From Cyanophora paradoxa CCMP329 (taxonomy: Eukaryota > Plantae > Glaucophyta): DNA of 50,643 bases. The position numbers were made by a program, and so were the translations under genes. The notes under the pieces were generated by a model that was not told the DNA's origin, ran no database searches, and saw nothing but the letters and a program-made list of their open reading frames with translations. The DNA lies in contig QPMI01000041.1 of NCBI GenBank assembly GCA_004431415.1, positions 1 through 50,643 on the forward strand. The letters run 5' to 3'. Shown one piece after another: positions 1 to 10,110 of this stretch (position 1 is the stretch's first letter; each line of letters starts with the position of its first letter).

Positions 1-3000
1 GGAGGCGGGGCTGCGGCTGCCGACGCGGCCCACCCGCCGTGGCTCAGGCGCTCGCCTTCGCACTCGCGCGCGGCGTCTACTCCGTCGCCAGGTCCGCGTA
101 CCCCTCCCCAGCCCCGCCTTCGCCTCGCTTGAGCTTCCGACGCCTTCCGCGCAGGTGTTCCTGGAGCGAAAGGTCGACACGAACCCGCGTACCTCTCTGA
201 CGAGGAGCGCGCGGGCCCCACATCCGAGCGCGCCCCGGGCCCCTCCCCACTTTTAGATGAGATTCTGAGATTCTGCGGGGCAGGGCGAGACGCTCCTGCA
301 CAATCCTGATGGGCCGGCGCGAGCACGGCGAGTCCGCGGAGGACTTCGACGCCTGCCTCCGGTGCGCGCCCCGCCGGCCGGCCGCTCGCTGGCCTGGCCT
401 GCCCGGGCCTTGGGCGACGTCGACCGGCGGCTGCGCCTGCAGGCTCATCCTCGACAACGGGGCGGACGTCAACGAGTACTGCGAGGGCTCCTCCCGTGCG
501 CACGCGCGCGCGCCCGCCTCACGCCTCTGCGCGGCTTGAGCACGCCGCCGCCTCCGCAGCGCTGCACCTTGCGGCGGGCAACGCGGAGGCGGGGGCCGAG
601 ACCGTCCGGTGCGCCCTTCCCTTGCGTCGCGCCCGTCGGTTCTTCTGCGTGATCCGCCCCTCACGCCCCTCTCGCAGCTTCCTGATCGAGCGGGCGCGGC
701 GCTGGAGGCGGAAGGACGCGGAGAATGACGAGGAGGGAGGGGCCGCGCCGCGGCCGGGGCGAGGCCCGCGGGCGGACGCCGCTGCTCGTCGCGTCGCCGT
801 CGCCGCGAGCAAGGGCGAGGATGGCCTCGAGACGGTCCGGGCGCTGCTCGACGCCGGCGCCGACATCGCGCGCGCGACGCGGAGGGCCGGAGCGCCGCGG
901 CGATCGCGGCGGCGGCCGCCGACCTCGAGCTGCTGCGGCTGCTGATGGGCCGCGGGGCCGGGCGCCACGCGCACGAGGGCGAGATCGTCGCGCCGCCTGC
1001 GGCTCGGGCGGCGGCGGGCGGTACCGCCGCGGCCCCGAGACCCGCGACATCCTCGGGTGGGGCTCCTCTTCCCCCGTCCCTCCCGTGCCCCCTGAAACCC
1101 TTCCCCAGGGTCCTGCTGGAGGACGAGCTGAAGGAGGTCTCGGCGGAGGGCTTCGCCTGGCCCGCCGTCCGCCGCGACGCCGACGGCAGCCTCTCCGGCC
1201 GCGCCAAAGGGTCCCGCCTTCAACCCCAGCCCCTCGGCCCGCCCCTCTGAAGCTCGGGGCGGGCAGGTACTCGACGGCGCTGGGGAGGCGATGCGGGACG
1301 GGTCCGAGATGGCGGCCGAGGACGCCCGCCAGTGGGCCGACCTCCTCCTCTGCTGCCCGCGGCCCGATACGCTCAGGCGAGCGCGCAGGAAAGCTAGAGG
1401 GTGCCGCTGGCTGACGGCGCCGCAGCGAGATCACGCGCTGAAGCCGGAGGAGACGGGCGGGGACGCGCGGGGCCGCTGGTGGCGGCGGCGGCGCGCGTGC
1501 TGCGGCTCGAGGGCCGCGTCGAGCCCGAGCCGCCCGAGGACCCAAGAAGACGAAGAAGAAAGCGAAGTGCGCCTTAGATTTGGTTCCTGTCATTGCCGGC
1601 GTGTGCTGAGCGGCCCCGTGCCGGCGGGCGGGGCTGCAGGGCAGAGGAGAGGAGGAGGAGGCGGAGCGCGAGGACCCCGCGGAGGCGGACGCGCGGGACC
1701 GGGAGACGCCGCTGCACGCCGCCTGCGCGTCGGCTCCGCCTCACCGCCCTCCGCCTCGCCGCCGCCGCCACCCGGAGACCGTCGAGTGCGAGATTTAGGT
1801 TGCTTAGGCTAGTCTAACTAACTGAACCTCTCGCCCAACTTGGCCCGCACTGAGCCTCTCTCGCAGCGCTTATCTTAACTGAGCTTAAGCTTCGCCTTAA
1901 CTAACTTAGACCAGCCTAACTAGCTGAGGCTAGGCTAACTGGACTGGACCTAGGCTAGGCTTAGATTTGTTTGACTTTGCCTCGCTGGGCCCCCCGCGCA
2001 GCGCGGCGGACGCGGCGGAGGAGACGGCGCTCTCGCGGGCCGTCGCCTTCGGGCCCGCCCTCTTCGACGTCTGCGCACTCCTCCTCCAGAAGGGCCGCCC
2101 GCTCTTGAGATTATTTGATATCGCCTTTCTTTCGCTGGATCTGAGCGCCTCCGCTGCTGCTGCTGCGCAGGGGCGGACATCGGGCGGCAGGTCGGCGGGG
2201 CCGACGGCGGAAGCAGCGGTGCGTTACGGCTAGGAACAAGCCCAAGAATTCCCTCCTCAACGGCTCCGGCAGGCTGTGCTGGACGGGACGCGGGACGCGG
2301 CGTACCGCGCGCAGCTGAAGCGCGCCGCCGCCGTCCGCGACGCCTTCATCTCGTGCGTACCCCCCTCTCATTTCCCCTCCCCCCCTCGCTTTTCCTTCTC
2401 TTCCTGAGCCCCCGCCCGCGCTGCACGCACGCAGGTACGGGCACCACCCGCCGGAGGTGGCGCGGTTCACGGCGCAGCTGAGGGACCGCCTCCAGGCCGA
2501 GCAGGTCTCGGTCCGTTGTACCCCCCATTTCTCTCCTGGTCTCTCTAGCTTCGGCTTCCGCTCCGGCCTCACTCCGCCCCGCACGCGCCTCCCACGACCC
2601 TCGCCCACGCAGTGCTGGGTGCGCCTTTGTTTTCATTCCCTCCTCCGCCCTCGTTCCGAGGCTGACGCGCGCTGCCCGCCGCCAGATGGACGAGATGAAG
2701 GCGACGGGTACGCCATTCGATTCGCAGTTGACTTTCACCCCTGACCTCGCTCCGCCCCGCGGCCGGCAGGCATCGAGGCCGGAACGGAGGCGCGCGCCCC
2801 TACGCCTCCGCAACGCCCTCTGAGGCGCCCCTGAAAGCCGCGCGCAGTGGCGGGAGCAGATCGGGGCGGGGATCAAGGCGGCCCGCGCCGTCCTCTTCGT
2901 CGCCTCCAAGGCGGGCGCTGCGCCGCGCCCCCTCCCCGCCTCTTCCGCTTCTGATCGCAGCGCCCTCCTCCCGCAGCACTCGTGCGCGTCGGACTGGTGC

Positions 3001-4650
3001 ATGCTCGAGCTCTCCCGCGCCCGCGGTGCGCCCTCCCTGCGGCCTGGACCTCTTCGTTCTCAGCGCCCCCAGACCTGGGGCGACCGATCTTCCCCGTGTG
3101 GGCCGAGGCGCCCTTCCCCCTCGACGACCGCCCGCCGTGCGCGTGTACCCCTCCCCGCCGCCCCTCCTCACAGTACCCCCCGCAGGGCCTCCTCCGCGGC
3201 TGCCGCATCGTCGACCTCTCGCGGTGCCCCGCCCCGCCCGGCCAATCCAAGCTCCCCGCCTGAGCGCCGCCCCGGTCCGGCGCAGGCCGGCGCTGCTGGA
3301 GGCGGGCTTCCCCGCCTTCCTCGCGGAGGTGCGGGGCGCCTCGAGGCCGCCGCCGCCGCCGACGACGCCGCCGACGCCGACGCCGCCCGGGCCCGCCCCT
3401 CACCCTCACCTTCCCCGCTCTTCCCCTCCTCATTTCTGAGCCGTGCGCAGGCGCTGCTGGCGCGGCCCGAGGCGCGCTGCGACCCCCGGCGGGCCCCCTT
3501 CCTGCTCGCCTGGGCCCTGCCCGAGGACGCCCGCAACGCCGCCTCCCTCCTCTCTGCCCTCGCCTTCCGCGGCGTGCCCTGTTGGCTCCACTGCCCTGTA
3601 CCCACACCCCCGTCCTCCCCCACCCACCCTCGCATCTTCCTCACAGCCGCGCAGGGCGCGGACCCGACGGAGAGGCGGGGCGGACGCTGCGCTGGCGGCG
3701 TGCGCGGCCTTCGTGCCGCTCCTCTCGCCCGCCTCCGCCTCCTCCCCCTCCTCCGCGACCGCCTCCAGGCCCGCCCGCCCTGCGCTCGACCTTTCTGTCG
3801 CCTCACTGTGCCCCCGCTTCGCAGCGCGCGCGGGCGGCGGGGCGCCCGTCCGGCCCCTCCTCCTCTCCAGCCTCCAGGCGAGCGCGCCCCCGCCCGCCCC
3901 GTCTGAAGCTTAGGCCGCCCCGCCGGACAGGTGCCGGCGTCGCTCGAGTACTCGCTGGCGCGAACGCGCAAGTTCCCTTCTTCGCCGAAGAGCCCGAGGG
4001 CTTCTTCCCGGTGCCGTACCCCGCCTTCCTCCTCCCCCCCCCCCCCCTTCATCTTCTTCCGACCTCGCCGGCAGTCCCTCGACGCGCTGCTCTCGTCCCT
4101 GGGGCACCGGCCCCCGCCGCCCCGGTCCGCCCGCCCCGCCCCGCCCGGCCCTCCCTACAAGCCTCTCGCCCTGCAGCTGACGCCCCGCCGCGGCGCAGGC
4201 GAAGCCAGAGGGTCCGCCCGCGCTGCACGCCCCCGCCACGTCGGCTGGAGGCGCCGCCCCGTCGGCCCTGGACGCGGTGCGCCCACAGGCGCCGCCCGCC
4301 GCGCGCAGGGCTCACGCGGCGCAGGCGCGGGCGGGGTGCTGCAGGCGGAGATCGCCGGCAGCGACCGCGAGCTCGAGCAGGCGCGCGCCCCCCCCGCCGG
4401 CCCCGCCGCGGGGCCCCGCCCCCTCTCCCTAAGCGAGAGAGATCGCGCGCAGCTGGAGCGGGAGATCGCGGAGCTGGAGGCGGCCGCCGCCCGCGGCTCG
4501 CGGCGGGGGAAGAGGGGCAAGGGCTCGAGTTCGAAGGCCGCCCCGCCGCCCCTGCCGGCGCCCCCGCCCCTGGACCCCCCCGGGGCCGCCCCGGCCGCCC
4601 CGCCCCGCAAGAGGGACCACGGCAAGAGCGGCGCCTGCTCCCTGATGTGA
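1..4650 (+). CDS. Intron-rich ankyrin-repeat / TIR / TIR-like / coiled-coil / CaaX protein, copy 1 (5' end outside window)
   Basis: Manual splicing gives ankyrin repeats (…DACLR|LILDNGADVN…LHLAAGNAEAGAETVR|FLIERG…GRTPLLVA…ETVRALLDAGADI…) and an in-frame TIR domain. The gene ends …RRGKRGK…KRDHGKSGACSLM, TGA 4648-4650. A few exons outside the TIR need 1-bp homopolymer corrections. Confidence 0.85.
2339..3101 (+). other. TIR domain (TIR_2-like) spread over 8 exons, copy 1
   Basis: Exons …-2352, 2435-2510, 2613-2618, 2686-2707, 2770-2789, 2848-2910, 2977-3025 and 3073-… join with no frame correction to DAFISYGHHPPEVARFTAQLRDRLQAEQVSCWMDEMKATGIEAGTEWREQIGAGIKAARAVLFVASKHSCASDWCMLELSRARDLGRPIFPVW. 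This matches the TIR consensus FISY…W.D…I..G..W…I…S…S.WC..EL..A…I.PV. Glu codon at 3007-3009. Confidence 0.92.
3451..3990 (+). other. Second, degenerate TIR-like domain
   Basis: PFLLAWALPEDARNAASLLSALAFRGVPC … DAALAACAAFVPLLSPASASSP … VPASLEYSL follows the TIR strand/helix pattern but lacks WCxxE. It needs frame corrections in C-runs. Confidence 0.5.
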
Positions 4651-6564
4651 GGGCTCGCGCGCGGTCGGACCCGCCGCGGGTTCTACTGTTATACGATTTA
4701 TTGTAATTACGGATACGTATTGCACACGTACGAATTATATTCACGCTTCAAATTAAATGGGGCTCTGGTGGCCGCGCCGTACCCATATCCCCGGCCAGTC
4801 CCTCGGCTTGCAGTGCCTCTGGCGGCAGTGCCCGCTCCGGCGGTGCCCCTTCGCGGCCGGCCACTCTGTCTCTCCTGTACCCGCCATCCGCCGCCCCCGC
4901 GCCCCGGCGCATGCCCAGCCCCGCATGCGCAGCCGTCTGACCCGTCGTGGAGTCGCACGCCGACGCCGCCGGCGTTAGTGCACGCCTCGACCGACGAGGC
5001 GGCCCAGGCATGCGCACCTCCAGAACATGAAATGCGCCAGTCCTTTCATATGCATAGTGACGTCTTCGCTCCCACACGCACACTTTCATTTCTTTCCTTT
5101 CCCGGTTGAAAAGGCAAATCAACGAAAAATCAACGGCCTTTGTTGAACAATTACATAAATATCGTTCGATGATCGTTTTGATTGCTCTCCCCTCACCGAT
5201 GGGGCTGCATCTGGAGCCGCCGGACGCATTCGCTCCTCCAAATTGCTGATGTCATATGTGCATGTATATCCGTCGACGTCGACGTCGACGCTCTTGGGTA
5301 GAGTTGCCGTCCGGGCATGCGCACCAGCTGCAGCTTCACTTTTGCAGCTGCGGCGCCGGCGACGAAGGACGTATACGATAACACCAGCTACAATGGCAAG
5401 AACACCGACGCCACCAGCTACGCCGCCAGCGATGACTGGTAAAGAAACTGATCCGGATGACGGTCACGGATGAAGTACTGGCACTAGAACTCGCATCGTT
5501 GCCTGCAATGGTCTCCTGTACACCTGCTTTGTTCAATCAATTCAGCGATGCATATGATTCGAATTTCGTGCGCGAGCCGATCAAATGCAATTGAAATGAA
5601 TATTGCTCACTTTCGAACAGGAGAGCGGTTTGTTCTAGACTCTTGATTTCCCATGGGAGCTCGGCCGCTAGAACAAGAATGCCGGTCGTTTCCATACTCT
5701 TCAAAAGTTTCGCCGCTTCGGTTGGTCGCAGTGCTACGCTTCGGTAAGGTTGCGAATGGTGCTGCGTAACAAACAATTGCAATTGCGAAGTCCGAAGCTT
5801 ACCAGATGTGCTTCCCAGGCCAGGGCTGTGAAGCAGGGAGAATGTCACTGCAGTTGGAAAGATTTCGATGGCGGCTTTCGCAGTTCGATGCCGATTCCTC
5901 GAGCTTCTTGAGCTTGCCTCCATCCTAGTGACCATCACTTTGACATGTACAGAGCTGGTACCGTAGTCGAGTGCGATGGCCTTCTCAAGACCGGCAGTGA
6001 AGGTCGAAGTTTTCGCTTGGTCCCATGCCGCGAAATCGATGTCGAGAACCGCCGTCATGCTTACCCCTCGAACGCGTTTGCCTGTCCCTGGGTCCTTTTC
6101 AAGTTCGAGGCTGGACTCGGCTGTCCTCTGGATGAAGACGGTGAAGACAAAAGAGGCACTGTCCGTCGCCCCGTGGAATCGTCTCGAGCTGTAACCATGA
6201 ATGTTGCTGTCGTGTACTGAGCTGACGCGCATCTGGAGTCGGTGCCGTAGGCAGAAGAGACACGAACAGAAACGACGCCCGTATCCGGAAATATGGACAC
6301 GCTATTGCCTTCAGCACACGGCTCCAAAGACTGCAGTTTCACGACGAAATATCGGATTTTAGCCTTCGATCTTTTTTGTCTTCCGTAGCTCGCAGCGACA
6401 AGCCCGTATACGTAAGTAGCACTGCTGGGCTGAGCAGAGTTCGTGATGACGGCTAGTTGCGAGGATAAGCGAAAGCCTTCGTAGCCGACGCATGCAGGGT
6501 ATGCTCTCAATGGATCCTGACATAGACTCTCACACGTAAATGCGGGACAATCCTCTGGTAGACA

Positions 6565-8327
6565 CAAGCAGGGGGGCAAGCCCCCCCGCACCCCCCCATT
6601 AACTGATGATCGATATCATGACCGTCGGACATAGCTTTAGCGATCGCACGCGAATTCGAAAGAAACTTACACGCAGAAATGAATTTTTTCGCGATCTGGA
6701 ATTCGAAGCATGTATACGTAGACCTAGATCTGCAGCTGAACTTCAATCCAATCGAGAAACGCGCAGCGTTGACCGTCGGACGTCAGCGCCATACGCGTCG
6801 CGTCGGCCGCGCCGACCTCGATCTAGACTCTCAGATCTTGAGCTTCGGAAGCGGAGCTATAAGATCTAGCGATAGATCGGAACTGTCCCAATTAGCTATT
6901 ATATATTTCGAATCTTGCGCAGTTTGCCAGAACGACCGTCGGACGGACGTTGTCAGGACAAAAGAATTCGAATAATCTTCGCGGCCGCCGGGCACTTCAC
7001 GATCCGGAGCGGGTGCTTATAAGCAGCGGCTTCGACAAAATCAGGATCACTGCTTTCGCGATCGCAATCGCTGCGTTGACTTCGAATTCACCTGCTGATG
7101 CGCCGCAGTGCTCCGTCTGCACAAGCATGCGCAGCAGCGCTAGCTACATGCGCAGCAGCACTAGTATGTACGTGGTTGCTAATATAAGCGCAACTGCAGC
7201 AACGACAGCTGCTGCTGCTGCTCATGAATCATGATCAGCGGGCCTGCAGCTAGACGTCGACTGCAGTGTGTTTCGGTTACTTTCCGTTACTTTTCGCTAT
7301 CCGCCACTTAAGCTGTCCGTTACTTTCCGGAAACGTCCGTTATAATTATCCCGGGCCCGCCACTTTCCGTTACTTCCGTTATCTGCCACTTTCCATGCAC
7401 GCCACTGGCCAGCTTAAACTGCTGGGAAAAACTCGACTCACGCGACAGTCGCGCGGCTCGCGCCACGCCGTGACGTCGACGGCGCCGCGTGGCGGCAGCC
7501 ACGGCCAGCGCGCGCCGCAGGCCCGCAGCGCGCCGCTAGCGCTAGCGCTGCGCGCGCGGCGCTACCGGTACCCGCGGTGACACACTGTGACACGTCAACC
7601 TGAGTGAAGGAAAATCCGGTACGTCCGATCGGATCGAACTGGTAGTAGTAGTCTGGTACTGGCGAAGGCCGAGGGTACCGGATCGTCGATCGGATCGATT
7701 CGATTTTAATTTGTTTTATAGAAGTTGCCCGACAGCTCACTGAAAGAGTCCTAGTCAAAGTCGACGTCGCGGCCCGGGCTCGCGATTGCGACGTCGCGAT
7801 CGGCTCAATCATTTGAATTTGCGAGCACGTGCACGTAGCGTAGTACTACGATCGCGTCCGCAGTTGACTCCGCACGCACTGCGGCATTTGGCGCGCACTA
7901 CGACTGCGAATCCATGTGGCATGCATTAAATTTCTTTAAAACCCAATTAAACTGGAACCGGTTTTCGATCGATCGATTTCGATCCGCGCGCGGCTGGGCA
8001 AAATTAAAATTGCGGTTTTTAAATTAAATTAACGTGCTGACATTTTGAGTTTAGTTTCACTTGGGGTAATGTGTCTGGCGTTATCGCAGCAGATTTTCGA
8101 GAATAAGCGCGGTACCTAACTGTAAATCTGAAGTCAAAATTTAATTTGTGATTCTGATGTAATTTACGTTATGCCACACTGTGTTCTCATATGCGTTGAC
8201 ACAACCCTAAGGTAAGTTTTCTGACCTCAATCAAACTACCGAGGATTTTTGGCTCGGCCGTCCCGTGAAGACTGAGTTTTTTTACGGGTGTCCGCATGCG
8301 TCATAAGTAATAAGTTATAACTTAGTA
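6565..8327 (-). mobile_element. Non-autonomous rolling-circle (Helitron/HUH-type) insertion, 1763 bp
   Basis: The empty site in the duplicate reads ggtagaca|ttcctttcg (about 41392-41408). The insert sits between A and T with no TSD. On the - strand it runs TACTAAG…GCGGGGGGG-CTTG-CCCCCCTGC-TTG (3' GC hairpin, CTTG end). A 14-bp palindrome TAAGTTATAACTTA (8311-8324) marks the other end. No transposase ORF. Confidence 0.75.
7264..7587. mobile_element. Possible nested hAT-like MITE remnant
   Basis: 8-bp inverted ends CAGTGTGT/ACACACTG and clustered TCCGTTA(C) subterminal-type repeats at 7275-7390. No 8-bp TSD. Confidence 0.3.
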
Positions 8328-9135
8328 TTCCTTTCGAATTCTTCCCAGCAAGCACTCGCAGAAGCCTGTGCGAATGTTTTAACTGGGCTCTTGGGAGGCA
8401 TGCGAGATTTAGATCTGTGCTTGCGCACCTGCAGTACCACGAGGAATGAGCTCGGTGCCTGTCTGTTGTCGAATCGTCCCAGATACAGGCTCCGAGGTCG
8501 CGCAAGCATCAGTTCCATTCCAGCACCATTTCTGCGAGCGTTTGCATCCACCGAGCCCGATTGGTCTCGCTATAGCTGTAGGCGTGTGCGCAGGTGAAGG
8601 GCCCGGGGTAGCAATGGGGCGAAGTGTGATTGCTGGGGGTGAAGGCGACACAACATGATCTGTTGGTGAAGGGCGAGCGGTTGGCGAAGGAATTGCTGTC
8701 GGCGATGCGGTCGGAAACGGCGATGCAGCGGTTGTCGGTGAAGGGGAAGGTGAAGGTGAAGGAGTAGCTGTAGGAAACACTGTGCATGTGGGCAAAGGAG
8801 ATCTAACGATAGCCGAAACTGCGATCGCAGATTTACATAATTATTATAAGGCTGTACATGTGATCATCATGAATCCAATTTAAACACCTTCGCCTTTGAA
8901 TCTGTATTGCGCTGAGAACCCTTTGCCCGGGTCCACGCCGTATGTATAAAAAACCACGAGGAGTGCGCTAGACGTCTGAGAAGTGACAAAAGACGTCCTG
9001 CTCAAGGACGCCATTTGCCCGTTCAGTCTCGCTAGAGCTGCGTCTGGCAAGTAGTAACTTCTCACATACTGATAGGGGCATGTCACTGCCGCGCCATCGT
9101 ACAACTGCGTAGCACTCGGATCAGAAATGCTAACG

Positions 9136-9605
9136 AGATAGGTGACCGTCATCAATATCGCGCGCGCCAACGCCGCCAGCTCTTGCGCATGCTGCACCGA
9201 CTGGCTCGCCGCCGGCGCCACATGTACAGCTGCCCGCCGGCCGGCCGCCCCTGCAGCTGTACGTGCGTCAGATGCGGATTCGATATCGATATCGATCTTA
9301 GCTTTCACGCGCTTCAAATTCCAGCGGCATGCGCACGTGCACGCGCACGAATACAAGTCGCATCTACATCAAGCGGGAACGCGTACGCGTCCTGATCATG
9401 ATCATGATGCGCGCTCCACGCGCAAGCCCGGCCCGCATATATTCCTGGTCCTCAGGGCCTGCCGGGCCCCAGGCGTGAGCGCGAGCTCGAGCGCGAGTCG
9501 ATCGCGGTGGTTCTTGCATGCGCAATTATAACTAATTAGTCGGGCAGACAGCGCTAGCGGTCACGAGTCACGACCAGCAGCGCACCTCTGCCACCTCTTC
9601 ATAAC
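9136..9605 (+). repeat. Segment duplicated at 50172-50643
   Basis: Near-identical sequence starting AGATAGGTGACCGTCATCAATATCG and running to the window end in the second copy. Confidence 0.92.
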
Positions 9606-9764
9606 GAGACTCGTCCCCGGGCCCGATCGCGAGGATTCATTCCGTACTTGTACTCCTGCCGCATGCGCAGTGCTGCTCCGCCGGGCCGGCCGGACTCGGG
9701 GTGGACCCGGACTCCCGGAGTCGCGGTGGGCGCAAGCGCCGCCCGCCGCGCGCCTGTCCGAAAG

Positions 9765-10110
9765 GGCTCACAAGGGGCCGTTGTCCGGCGCAGGCGCGGG
9801 CGGGGGCGCTGCAGGCGGAGATCGCCGGCAGCGACCGCGAGCTCGAGCAGGCGCGCGCGCGCGCCCGCCGGCCCCGCCGCGGGCCCCCGCCCCTCTTCCT
9901 GAGCGAGAGAGATCGCGCGCAGCTGGAGCGGGAGATTGCGGAGCTGGAGGCGGCCGCCGCCCGCGGCTCGCGGCGGGGGAAGAGGGGCAAGGGCTCGAGG
10001 GCCGTCCCGCCGCCCCTGCCGGCGCCCCCGCCCTGGACCCCCCGGGGCCGCCCCGCCGCCCCGCCCCGCAAGAGGACCACGGCAAGAGCGGCGCCTGCTC
10101 CCTCATGTGA
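9765..10110 (+). pseudogene. Orphan 3' fragment of the ANK-TIR gene (coiled coil + CaaX exons)
   Basis: Homologous to about 4310-4650: ALQAEIAGSDRELEQ…LEREIAELEAAAARGSRRGKRGK…GKSGACSLM*. Confidence 0.85.

Larger units (their letters stand above)
5046..9139 (-). pseudogene. Multi-CUB membrane protein, copy 1 (5'-deleted and interrupted by an insertion)
   Basis: Near-identical to 39888-42218. Retains the last CUB half (QLYDG…LARLNG…LLVVF…GFSAQY), the S/T/P stalk and the TM segment. Disrupted by 6565-8327 and truncated at 9139. The 3' end is approximate. Confidence 0.8.

Noticed and set aside
77-4744. Long Arg/Ala/Pro/Gly-rich ORFs on both strands (also 35525-37246 -, 38047-39510 +)
   Set aside because: Stop-poor GC-rich DNA. 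The real gene is spliced and changes frame between short exons.
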